DNA of 38,079 nucleotides from an uncultured Candidatus Saccharibacteria bacterium. Its GTDB lineage: Bacteria; Patescibacteriota; Saccharimonadia; Saccharimonadales; Saccharimonadaceae. Position 1 is the first letter of the stretch; every line of letters begins with the position of its first letter. The notes below the pieces were generated by a model. The model saw only the letters and a list, made by a program, of their open reading frames with translations. It did not search any database and was not told the origin of the DNA. This document shows, piece after piece, positions 1-8,740 of this stretch. The DNA lies in the NCBI GenBank assembly GCA_949070545.1, contig CARTQV010000001.1:1-38079 (forward strand), written 5' to 3'. The position numbers and the translations under genes were made by a program.

Positions 1-31
1 TAGTCATAAAGGAACCTATCGCTTATGTCAC

Positions 32-204
32 AAAAAGCGACACCGCAAGGTGTCTTATGCCATTCACAATCATAAAACCAAGCTGTAACTCGGAATACAA
101 TCATTAAAGCGGTGCCGCTTCCTAATTGCATTCAAATATAGTTACCTTGGATCTATGATTGCGTAAATGTTCTAATCAAAAACTGATTGTGATAACATAA
201 GACA
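32..204 (-). ncRNA. Putative structured leader/ncRNA with alternative folds ending in an intrinsic terminator
   Basis: Nested inverted repeats with G-U pairs on the minus strand (204-184/72-51; 169-141/89-61; 133-123/103-93); terminator GACACC-TTGC-GGTGTC-GC-TTTTT (54-32); extended -10 TGtTATAAT at 218-210. Family not recognised. Confidence 0.5.
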
Positions 205-238
205 TTTTTATTATAACACAGCTTTTTATCATAACCAA

Positions 239-269
239 AATAAATGTTGTAAAAATGACAACATTTATT
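239..269. terminator. 12-bp inverted repeat downstream of ruvC (terminator or operator)
   Basis: AATAAATGTTGT-N7-ACAACATTTATT. Confidence 0.4.
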
Positions 270-296
270 GGTGGATCAGTTCAAAACAGCACTCTA

Positions 297-770
297 TTAG
301 TTCGTTTTAGAAACAAACGAATGCACGATGGCGACAGCGAGGGCATCAGCGGCATCGTCGGGTTTCGGAGCGGTTTTTAGACCGAGATGAAGGCGGACCA
401 TTTCTTGGATTTGGGCCTTATGGGCATGTCCGTCACCGCAGATAGCATTTTTGATTTGGTTTGGGGCATATTCGAAAATCTCGAGACCGCATTGTTTGGC
501 TACTAGCATACAAACTCCGCGTGCCTCGGCGACGGAGATGCCGGTTGTAATATTTTGTTTGAAAAAGAGTTTTTCGATTGCCATGACGTTGGGATGGTTC
601 TGGTCGATGATTTCGTGCAGTGAATTATAGATATCTTCGAGGCGGTCAGGGAGCGGGGTGTGGGGTGGAGTGGTAATAACGCCAAAATCGAGTGCGGTTT
701 CGCCTTTGATGATGCCGAAACCGCAAATGCCCGTTCCTGGGTCAATACCAAGTATTCTATTCGTTGACAT
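297..770 (-). CDS. ruvC: Holliday junction resolvase RuvC
   Basis: ILGIDPG start, AIEKLFF, EARGV and PDDAADALAVA motifs; 157 aa. Confidence 0.97.
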   Translation of the reverse strand: MSTNRILGIDPGTGICGFGIIKGETALDFGVITTPPHTPLPDRLEDIYNSLHEIIDQNHPNVMAIEKLFFKQNITTGISVAEARGVCMLVAKQCGLEIFEYAPNQIKNAICGDGHAHKAQIQEMVRLHLGLKTAPKPDDAADALAVAIVHSFVSKTN

Positions 771-2112
771 AATCGATGAGGGTATTTCTTAGGTCTTTTA
801 CGGGGACGACGAACTCGTCTTTGACGGTGGCGGGAGCGATGGCGTGGGCGAAGCCGAGCTTTTTTGCTTCGGAGATGCGTTGGTCGGGGCGGAAGGCAGA
901 GCGAATCTCACCACCGAGGCCGACTTCTCCGAATACGACGAAATCTTCGGAGAGTTTGCGCCCGGCGACGGCAGAGGCGATTGCGAGACAAATTGCGAGG
1001 TCAGCGGCGGAATCTTGGACTTTTAAGCCCCCGACGACATTAATGAAAACATCTTTGTCGGAAAGTTTGAGTTTTGTGCGGCGTTCGATGACGGCGATGA
1101 GAAGATTCAGGCGATTTAGGTCATAACCGGAAGCAGTGCGCTTCGGATAGCCGAAATTGGTCGGCGTGACGAGGGCTTGAATTTCGACCAAGATCGGTCT
1201 CGTTCCTTCGAGAGTGGCGAGAATAATCGAGCCGTCGGTGTTTTGGCGTTCGGCAAGCAAAGCGGCAGAAGGATTTTCGACTTCGGCGAGTCCTTCACGG
1301 TTCATTTCGAAAATTGCAGCTTCGCTGGTTGAGCCAAAACGGTTTTTAATAGCGCGGATGATTTTGAAGCCGCCGTAGCGATCGCCTTCGAAATTTAAGA
1401 CGACATCGACGAGGTGTTCGAGAACCTTCGGACCAGCCAAAGTTCCCTCTTTTGTGACGTGGCCGACGATGATAACGGCGGTGTTAGAGGTTTTGGCGGC
1501 GCGAATGATGAGGTTGCCACAGTTAGTGACCTGAGAAACTCCACCTGGAGCGGAAGCGATTTCGGCCAAGGTTAGGGTTTGGATCGAATCGACTACGACG
1601 AGATCGAAATCACTTTCTTCGATAGTTTTTGCAATATCATTCGCGGAAGTGGAACTCGCGAACTTCAAGTTGTCTGATTCGGCGCCGAGGCGGATGGCGC
1701 GGAGTTTGACTTGGCCGGCGGACTCCTCACCTGAAACATAAAGGACTTTTGCGTTATCGGCGATATGAGCGCAAATTTGCATCAAGATAGTTGATTTTCC
1801 GATACCAGGTTGCCCAGCAAGTAACATGACCGACCCAGGCAAAATACCGCCACCGAGTACGATGTCGAGGTCGTGGAATCCGGTCGGAAGGCGTTCTTTT
1901 TCATCGGAGATTTCAAGGTCGCGAATAGAGACGAAGTCGAGCTGTTTCCCTGACATCTGTCCGCGTCCGACGGCGGATTTTTCGTCACGACTGCTTTCGT
2001 CGAATTGTTGGATGAGCGAACTCCAGGCACCGCATTTGTTGCAACGCCCAGTCCAGTTTTTGTAGATTGCGCCACATTGTTGACAGACGAATTCGATGTG
2101 AGATTTAGCCAT
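757..2112 (-). CDS. radA: DNA repair protein RadA/Sms
   Basis: N-terminal C4 zinc finger, Walker A GQPGIGKS, KNRFG motif, Lon-like C-terminus. Confidence 0.98.
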   Translation of the reverse strand: MAKSHIEFVCQQCGAIYKNWTGRCNKCGAWSSLIQQFDESSRDEKSAVGRGQMSGKQLDFVSIRDLEISDEKERLPTGFHDLDIVLGGGILPGSVMLLAGQPGIGKSTILMQICAHIADNAKVLYVSGEESAGQVKLRAIRLGAESDNLKFASSTSANDIAKTIEESDFDLVVVDSIQTLTLAEIASAPGGVSQVTNCGNLIIRAAKTSNTAVIIVGHVTKEGTLAGPKVLEHLVDVVLNFEGDRYGGFKIIRAIKNRFGSTSEAAIFEMNREGLAEVENPSAALLAERQNTDGSIILATLEGTRPILVEIQALVTPTNFGYPKRTASGYDLNRLNLLIAVIERRTKLKLSDKDVFINVVGGLKVQDSAADLAICLAIASAVAGRKLSEDFVVFGEVGLGGEIRSAFRPDQRISEAKKLGFAHAIAPATVKDEFVVPVKDLRNTLIDYVNE

Positions 2113-2130
2113 ATATGATCTATTATAGCA

Positions 2131-2919
2131 TTACATTTTTCGCTTTGCTACGGCGAGCTTATCGGAGTCGCGGTCGAAGTTGTCGGTTGGAGATTCGCCA
2201 AGGAGATAGTCAATCAACATTTCATAGGTCAAAATACCAACAATACGTTCAAAGCGGTCGACGACGAGGAAAAAGTAACAATTCGTGCGCAGGAACGCGG
2301 CGAGGGCTTGGTTCAGAGTATAATCTTCGCGTAAATAATAAACTTTTGGGTCGATAATATCGCTGGCACGGCTGGTTTCGCGTACTTCGAGACTGTTGAG
2401 AGCAGTTGTATGGATTAGGCCGATGATTTTGTGGTTCTCGTCGAGGACGGGAAAATGCTGGAACCCTGAGCGATAGAGTCGATCGAGAGTTAATGGACCG
2501 AGCACTTCGTCGTCTCGGACATAAGTAATCGCACTTTGGGGGAGCATAAGCTCGGAAACGCGAACATTCGGGAAGTTCATGATGGTGGCGATGACATGTC
2601 GTTCGCGTTGGTTGAGGACGGAGCGCGGAGTGCGTTTCATAAGATCGAGAAACTCTTCAATGGTGGACGGGGCGGGTAGTTTTTCGCTCGTTTTGGGCTT
2701 ATCGGGTTTTTCCGTGGGTCTCTCGGCGGATTTTTTGGTAGTTTTTGGGGAATTCGGCGTTCGATAAGGTTCAAGTTTTGGGTCGGACCAGCGCGCGAAA
2801 GACGTCAAGGCATCGGTTTTAGCTTTTCTGAACGCCTTTTTCGCATGTAGCCAAAAATCTTCGAGCGCGTCGAGAACCTGGTCAAAAAAACTTGGGGATG
2901 TATCTTTTTTCTGGTCCAT
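2131..2919 (-). CDS. CBS-domain-pair protein (CorC/HlyC-like, no membrane domain)
   Basis: VSELMLP...SGFQHFPV...IIGLIH and LVVDRFERIVGILTYE tandem CBS signatures. Confidence 0.8.
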   Translation of the reverse strand: MDQKKDTSPSFFDQVLDALEDFWLHAKKAFRKAKTDALTSFARWSDPKLEPYRTPNSPKTTKKSAERPTEKPDKPKTSEKLPAPSTIEEFLDLMKRTPRSVLNQRERHVIATIMNFPNVRVSELMLPQSAITYVRDDEVLGPLTLDRLYRSGFQHFPVLDENHKIIGLIHTTALNSLEVRETSRASDIIDPKVYYLREDYTLNQALAAFLRTNCYFFLVVDRFERIVGILTYEMLIDYLLGESPTDNFDRDSDKLAVAKRKM

Positions 2920-2938
2920 GTTATAATCATTATAACAT
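2918..2938. promoter_or_regulatory. Palindromic bidirectional extended -10 promoter (CBS gene / dsbA-like gene)
   Basis: ATGTTATAAT-C-ATTATAACAT gives TGtTATAAT on both strands. Confidence 0.6.
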
Positions 2939-2958
2939 AATTAGAATGCGGAGGATTT

Positions 2959-3666
2959 ATGGACAAGAAGACTTGGATTGTGATTGCAGCGATTGTGGCG
3001 ATTTTCGGCGGGCTTGTGGCGATTACTTCGATCCAAAACCGTGACGAAACGGTGGCGGTTGACTATGGCGAGTACGACCTGACGGAGATTATTCCGGCGA
3101 GTGAGGCGTCAGGAAATTTGACGGAAAATGTGGAAGGAGACCCAGAAGCGCCGATTTTGATTTTTGATTATGCTGATTATCAATGCGAAGGTTGTGCGTC
3201 GATGAATCCATATTTGAATAAATTGGTCGAGGAATATGACGGTAAAGTGGCGGTGGTATTTCGCGGTTATATCCAATCCTATCACCAGAATGGCACGGCG
3301 GCGGCTTCGGCGGCGAATGCAGCGGCGCTGCAAGGCTATTGGTCGAAATTTAAGGATTTAATGTTTACGAATCAAGACGAGTGGTATTCCGCAAATGCGG
3401 CGGATCGCCAGAAACTTTATGAAAAATATTTCACGGAAGCCTCGGAAGGTAAAGGTGATTTGGAAAAATTCCGCGAAGATATGAATAGCAAAGAAGTGGC
3501 ACAGAAAATTACTTTCGATCGTGGGCTGGCGGACAAAGTCGGACTGGAATGGACGCCTTCGGTTTGGTTGGGTGATGAATTGATTCCGCGCGAAGAAATG
3601 GGCGCAGATTTCTTGAAGAACATGCGCGAAAAGATTGACGCGAAGTTGAAAGAAATTGAGAAATAG
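2959..3666 (+). CDS. Membrane-anchored DsbA-family (thioredoxin_4) oxidoreductase
   Basis: N-terminal TM, DYADYQCEGC CxxC, cis-Pro-like WTPS; GGAGG RBS. Confidence 0.9.
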   Translation: MDKKTWIVIAAIVAIFGGLVAITSIQNRDETVAVDYGEYDLTEIIPASEASGNLTENVEGDPEAPILIFDYADYQCEGCASMNPYLNKLVEEYDGKVAVVFRGYIQSYHQNGTAAASAANAAALQGYWSKFKDLMFTNQDEWYSANAADRQKLYEKYFTEASEGKGDLEKFREDMNSKEVAQKITFDRGLADKVGLEWTPSVWLGDELIPREEMGADFLKNMREKIDAKLKEIEK

Positions 3667-3748
3667 CCTCGAGCTGAGTGACAAAATCGCCAGACTATAG
3701 TATAATATATAGTGTCTTTTGAAGCACTTTATAAAGGAGGTGGTTTGT

Positions 3749-4801
3749 TTGGCGAAAAAGACAAAGTTTTATGCTCGGGTGTTGGACAGAACGGAGCCGG
3801 CAGAAGGGTGGATGGATGAATGCCAGATTCGTGGAAATGAATACGAAGGCGATTTGGTGGCGTTACACCAGTTGCTCGTGAGTAAACAAACGTCGCCAGC
3901 TTTGCTGAAGGAGTTTGCCTATGGCGTTTTTTGTGATGGCGACTTGGATGCGTCGAACTTGTGCAGGCTGGACGAGAAATCGCATAAAGCGGATATGTTG
4001 ATATCCTATGCGGCGCTTAATCCATATTTTAAAGCGATACGCTGGCGCGATTATCAGTCTTGGAGGGTAATCCAGAATCGAATTATGCGCTATCGTCGCG
4101 CGAAAGCTGTGGAGGACGCTTTGTCGGAACAAATTGCAGGAAAACTCGGCAAAAAATCTGAGAAGCCGTTAGTGATTGTCATTGGAGCGGGTTACTTGCC
4201 GGTTGTGCGTCGGTTTGATGCGTCAGCGGAGTGTCTTGAAGATCTCGATATTGTGGCGTGTGATACTGATATCGGCGTGTCGAAAGAAATCTTGGATGAG
4301 TTATTTCGGCGGCAGTTTTATACGGATTCCCTAGATGACAGTAAGTTGATGAATGGCGTAGGAGCGTCGGTGATTCAATATCGACATTGCACGCTTGATG
4401 AACTATATGATAGTCGAGATTTCCTCGGAAAGGCTGATGTTGTAGTCTTGGACGGGGCACTCATGCATTATCCGAAGGCCAATGAACGGCAGCAAGTCGT
4501 GCAAAGGGCGTTATATCTGCTAAAACCGGATGGCGTTTTAAGTTGCGACCTAATCACAAAGTTCCCAGAGATGAAGGAGGGTCGAGAGGCTTTTGGTATC
4601 CAGCCGGGCGATAAGCTCGAAAAAAGTGTGACTAGCGCAAAGAATAAGATGCTACAGATTTGTGCAAATCTTAACACAACTTTGAGTTGGAAAATGGACT
4701 CTGAACGTAGCCTGCGCCCGATGGCGATTCATTTCGAGATTTCGGCGCCAGTGCATGATATTGATTATCGTCTGGCGACTGGGCTAACGAACCTGTCGTA
4801 A
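3749..4801 (+). CDS. Class I SAM-dependent methyltransferase-like protein (paralog 1)
   Basis: VIVIGAGYLP motif I, IVACD acidic motif, DVVVLDGALMHY, LLKPDG; start moved to TTG 3749, 8 nt after AAGGAGG. Confidence 0.7.
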   Translation: MAKKTKFYARVLDRTEPAEGWMDECQIRGNEYEGDLVALHQLLVSKQTSPALLKEFAYGVFCDGDLDASNLCRLDEKSHKADMLISYAALNPYFKAIRWRDYQSWRVIQNRIMRYRRAKAVEDALSEQIAGKLGKKSEKPLVIVIGAGYLPVVRRFDASAECLEDLDIVACDTDIGVSKEILDELFRRQFYTDSLDDSKLMNGVGASVIQYRHCTLDELYDSRDFLGKADVVVLDGALMHYPKANERQQVVQRALYLLKPDGVLSCDLITKFPEMKEGREAFGIQPGDKLEKSVTSAKNKMLQICANLNTTLSWKMDSERSLRPMAIHFEISAPVHDIDYRLATGLTNLS

Positions 4802-4821
4802 GGTTAGCTTATCCACCTTGA

Positions 4822-4865
4822 CTTAGTTTTGGCCAAAACTAAGAGCCCCCGCTTTAGCGGGGGCT
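4822..4865. terminator. 22-bp perfect palindrome plus GC-rich hairpin between convergent genes
   Basis: CTTAGTTTTGGCCAAAACTAAG (4822-4843); AGCCCCCGCT-TT-AGCGGGGGCT (4844-4865). Confidence 0.7.
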
Positions 4866-4872
4866 TAATCTT

Positions 4873-7275
4873 TTATTTCTTTTTCACGGTTTTTGCATTT
4901 TTGGAACTTTTCATGGTCCGAGTGGTCTTTTTTGTAGCTTTTGCGCGTGATTTAGTCATTTTTGCATAAGATTTCTTGCGATTTTTCGCGGACATTTTGC
5001 TGTTCCGATCGGCCTTTGCCATGGCAGGCTGAAGGTTAGTGAAGCGGCGCAAGGTGAAATAGGTCGCGAATGATCCGGCAAAAATCGCCAGCATGACCAT
5101 GACAAAACCTTGTGACAAGATGACCTCAGCAAATCCTTGTTCGAAAATTGAGGCCATGGTTGTCCCAACGATGCCGGTGTTCGGGACGAAAGCAACTTCG
5201 CCGAGTGGCGCGAGATAGAGCAAGTTTCCGCCGATAATGTCCGAACGCGGAATGAATGGCGCGCTGCTAGGTGGAGTCGGAATTGGCTGATCTGGGGTTG
5301 ACGGTGTTTCTGGCTCGGGGGTTATTGGCGTAGGATTCTTTTTGTAGCGGACGATATATTCGAGATTCTCATCTTCGATTTTCCCTTTCACATTGTGGTA
5401 GTCGGGCGTATATTCGCCAATTTCTGGTGAAATAATGTCAAACTCGCTACCGGTCGTGAGCTCCTCGATGTAGTCATCGGCAGCTTTCGAGCCATCTTCA
5501 TAAATATAATGAATGGTCAAAGTCGGATTGGTTTTTGGCTCTTCGATAGGTTTTTTCGTGTAACGCACGATATAAGTCAAATCTTCGTTTTCAATCACGC
5601 CACTGACGAGCTTGATATCGGCGACATGATCAGCAATTTCTGGTGAATCAATGTCGAAACTACTGCCGGATTTCAAAGTTTCGACATAAGTCGGTGCAGC
5701 TTCGCTGTCGTCTTCGTAAAGATATTTTATGACGAGGTTATAGCTTTTCTCTTCGATGATTGGAGCTTCGTATTCGACAGTCGCGTAGTCATAAGTCACA
5801 CCAGCGTTCCCTTCCATGGTGGTGTAATAACTGACTAGACTGGTCATATCGCCCGAATAGGACGAAGTTTCACCGAAGTAACGGAAGTATAGCGTGTCGC
5901 CAGGTGTGCCATGCGGGGACATGCGAATTGGAGTTGCGAGTCTGAAGCCGTCAGCAGTCTCGCTTGGAGCGGAAATTTGGACTGGCTGCCAAGAGCTCTC
6001 ATCGCTCGGGGTTTTCGTGTAATAGAGAGTTTTCTCGTCAAGGGGCAAGAACCCAGAACGGTTGGTCGAGCCAGATTCGTTCTCAGTCTCGTTTTCGTCG
6101 ATATAAGCAGCAAGACGTTCGAGGTCGAGTGGATGATCGGGGTCACGATTTGTAATATCGGTAGTGAATTTAATGAGATTGCTGTTGTTTTCAGGTAATT
6201 TTCCGACAATTTCAGCGTCGATATTGCTATCAGCAGAAATTGGCCAGTTCATGTTGGAAATCGTGATCTTCGTGTTGGATTCGACGGTGCTGCGCTCAGC
6301 GTAGAAAAAGTCGAGATTAACAACGTCGCCAGGTTTTAGGTCGATGTCGATGGTTTCATACTTGTCGCCATAAGTTTGCCGAATAAGTTCGTTTAAAGGA
6401 CCGACATAACTATTAAAATCGCTACTCGGTTCGCCGAGAGAAATACGTGCACCGGTGTCATTGACATGCTGGACGTAGGTAGAAATCGTGCCGTCGGCGT
6501 TGATTTTGAACCAACCATCAAGCTTTTCATGAAGACCACCGATGTCGAGAATCAGGCGACCATTGAGGAAGACCCAGACATCGTCATCGCCTGAGAACTC
6601 AAATAATTCGCTACCATCGGCGGCAATTTTGGTGGCAAAATTAAGATGGGCGGTGAAATGATAGTTGTGTCCATTGTTCCAAGCCGAGTCGCCGTCGGAA
6701 AAGTTGACATTATCAAGCGGAAAGACATTAGTCGCGCCATAAGTGTAGGTATTTTTCCCTGTGCGCGTGAAGGTAACTTCGCTATCGTAGCGTTTTGAGA
6801 CGGAAGTGTCGTGAAACCAACGATAGAAGTTGTCGGTCGGTTGGGCGGGGTCGTTTCCGGTGATATTTGCCGTAAAAACGTCGCGGTTCGCATTCCAAGA
6901 GTCGGAATTGTTTGTGAAAGTCGGGATGGGCAGACCGTCAGCACCGAGATGGTCTTTCACAAGTCCTTGGACCGCGCCGGCGGTCCAATAGTTGCAAATT
7001 ACCCATTCAAATTGGCGGTTAGGGTCATTGCAATCGTCCTGACGTTGGTCCCAATAACTAATTGGGACAGTGATTGTGTCGGGATTGCCAAGCGAAGCAG
7101 TTTCCCAAGATGCAGGGACGCCGTGCTCGTTGGCGATAGCCTCGAGTGACATGGCGCGCACAAGCGACGAGACGGCGATGATGGTTAGTATGAGAAAAGA
7201 GGCGCAAGCGACGGCGCGCGCAGCGATGCAGGCACGATGTTTCATAAGTTTTTGACGAGCTTTCTTTGTAGGCAT
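4873..7275 (-). CDS. Surface protein: fibro-slime (PA14-like) domain, two MucBP-like repeats, Pro-rich linker, PNTG+TM+basic tail
   Basis: HNYHFT...FEFSGDDDVWVFLNGRLILDIGGLH...LDFFYAER; two L-x-I-x-Y-x-YEDxS..SPEI..Y-I-V-R-Y repeats; VPNTG then hydrophobic segment and Lys-rich tail. Confidence 0.85.
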   Translation of the reverse strand: MPTKKARQKLMKHRACIAARAVACASFLILTIIAVSSLVRAMSLEAIANEHGVPASWETASLGNPDTITVPISYWDQRQDDCNDPNRQFEWVICNYWTAGAVQGLVKDHLGADGLPIPTFTNNSDSWNANRDVFTANITGNDPAQPTDNFYRWFHDTSVSKRYDSEVTFTRTGKNTYTYGATNVFPLDNVNFSDGDSAWNNGHNYHFTAHLNFATKIAADGSELFEFSGDDDVWVFLNGRLILDIGGLHEKLDGWFKINADGTISTYVQHVNDTGARISLGEPSSDFNSYVGPLNELIRQTYGDKYETIDIDLKPGDVVNLDFFYAERSTVESNTKITISNMNWPISADSNIDAEIVGKLPENNSNLIKFTTDITNRDPDHPLDLERLAAYIDENETENESGSTNRSGFLPLDEKTLYYTKTPSDESSWQPVQISAPSETADGFRLATPIRMSPHGTPGDTLYFRYFGETSSYSGDMTSLVSYYTTMEGNAGVTYDYATVEYEAPIIEEKSYNLVIKYLYEDDSEAAPTYVETLKSGSSFDIDSPEIADHVADIKLVSGVIENEDLTYIVRYTKKPIEEPKTNPTLTIHYIYEDGSKAADDYIEELTTGSEFDIISPEIGEYTPDYHNVKGKIEDENLEYIVRYKKNPTPITPEPETPSTPDQPIPTPPSSAPFIPRSDIIGGNLLYLAPLGEVAFVPNTGIVGTTMASIFEQGFAEVILSQGFVMVMLAIFAGSFATYFTLRRFTNLQPAMAKADRNSKMSAKNRKKSYAKMTKSRAKATKKTTRTMKSSKNAKTVKKK

Positions 7276-7455
7276 GTTTGACCCTTATATAATATAATAC
7301 TTATTCTTATTATAATATACTTGTCCGAAAAAGGTCAAGGCTACTTAGTAAAAATAAATCTAGACAAAGATGGGGTGGTGTTTTAGAATAGCTCAGAAAG
7401 GAAAGGTTGTATGGTGGGATATAAATTATTGTTCTTAGCACTTTAAGAAAGGAAG

Positions 7456-8619
7456 GTGAATGAATTGCTCGAAAATGTATGGAGCAAGAACCAGCCCGAG
7501 GATTTATGTAAAGTCGATCGGGATATTTTAGATGAGGGGAGGTTTCCGCCGGAGGGATATTGGGACTATTCCGTGAAATATATTCTTTTGGCGATAGTGC
7601 AGAAAGTTTTTCGTTTGCGTGTTTCATGGAAAAAGATCAATCAATTCCATGTTGATGCGACGGAGCGTTTGCGAGAGTTGGCTAAGAAAGATCCGGAGCT
7701 GGACGAATGTGAGGCGATGCGGGGGTTTGAGCGCATTTGGCCGAAACTTAGCCAAATGCTTCGGGAGCCAGCGTTTTATTTTTGTATAAAACGTTTTTGC
7801 ATGGACTCGAGTTTTCTCTACACGTATTTTGTAGAGTTGTCGGGTTATGCACCGGCGCTGGAAATCGCGGCCGGAGCAAGCAATGACGTCACAGGGCGAT
7901 ATCGGGAGATTCCTGAGTGTGACGGCGGGTACAAGATGGCAGTCTTGGAGCCGACATTTCGCTCGTTTCTGCAGCGGATTTGGTTTTCGCAGCAAATAAT
8001 GCTTCGGAGGGCGAAGTCCTCTGGTTGGAGACCAAATATGGCTGATGATGAAAAGCAGAAATGTCGCCGAGTGAGAGTACTGTTTCTTGGTGGTGGTATG
8101 TTGCCGCAGCTTCGGATGTATGAGCTGGCGCCGGAAACCGTATCAGAAGTGTTTGACATCGTAGTTTACGATAAGGACCCGAAGATGCCGAACCATCTCG
8201 AGATGGTTTTCGGGAAACCGATCCAGGAATATGGTATTAAATATTGCTTCACGGATTTTGATGAGGCGTTCAAAGATTCGGCAAATTTTGGTAAATACGA
8301 CATAATAGTCGCCGAAGGTGTAATGTCGTATTATAAGACACCAGAACAGACGCAGTATATGCTGCGTGGCGCGCATAAGATGCTGGTAGATGGTGGATGG
8401 TTTGTTCACGATCTGCAGGTCTTAGAGCCAAGTATGTTGCGCTGTGTTCTGGCGCTGGCGTGGCGTGGCACTGGGCTTAGCCCAGATGTCGGAGCGAAGA
8501 AGGCGATTCGACGCATTGAAAAAGCCGCAGGAGAGTGCGGTTTTGGAGTAATGCGGACGGAGATCGACCGCTATAACAAGTTGCCGGCCATAGTGAATTT
8601 TTGGCTGAGCAAACAATAA
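7456..8619 (+). CDS. Class I SAM-dependent methyltransferase-like protein (paralog 2)
   Basis: VLFLGGGMLP, IVVYD, YDIIVAEGVMSY, MLVDGG, colinear with paralog 1; start uncertain. Confidence 0.7.
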   Translation: MNELLENVWSKNQPEDLCKVDRDILDEGRFPPEGYWDYSVKYILLAIVQKVFRLRVSWKKINQFHVDATERLRELAKKDPELDECEAMRGFERIWPKLSQMLREPAFYFCIKRFCMDSSFLYTYFVELSGYAPALEIAAGASNDVTGRYREIPECDGGYKMAVLEPTFRSFLQRIWFSQQIMLRRAKSSGWRPNMADDEKQKCRRVRVLFLGGGMLPQLRMYELAPETVSEVFDIVVYDKDPKMPNHLEMVFGKPIQEYGIKYCFTDFDEAFKDSANFGKYDIIVAEGVMSYYKTPEQTQYMLRGAHKMLVDGGWFVHDLQVLEPSMLRCVLALAWRGTGLSPDVGAKKAIRRIEKAAGECGFGVMRTEIDRYNKLPAIVNFWLSKQ

Positions 8620-8645
8620 CATCATCAACCTTCCTTTTGGTTTAT

Positions 8646-8680
8646 AAGACCCTTGCGGAGACGTCTGCGAGGGTTTTCTT
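8646..8680 (+). terminator. Intrinsic terminator
   Basis: AAGACCCTTGCGGA-GACG-TCTGCGAGGGTTTT followed by CTTTT. Confidence 0.65.
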
Positions 8681-8710
8681 TTGACATTTTGGTAGTGCAT
8701 ATGCTATACT
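8681..8710 (+). promoter_or_regulatory. Sigma70 promoter for the sensor/CAP genes
   Basis: TTGACA-N18-TATACT with TG extension; AAGGAGG before GTG 8741. Confidence 0.65.
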
Positions 8711-8740
8711 ACGAATAATAACGATATTAAGGAGGTAAGA

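Noticed and set aside
100..126. T-box-like AATTAGGAAGCGGCACCGC in the 5' RNA
   Set aside because: CGGC replaces the invariant UGGN, there is no Stem I/specifier, and the terminator is not adjacent.
51..204. Retron msr-msd or tracrRNA interpretation
   Set aside because: The long stem relies on RNA G-U pairs that would be mismatches in msDNA; no RT, cas gene or CRISPR array is visible in the window.
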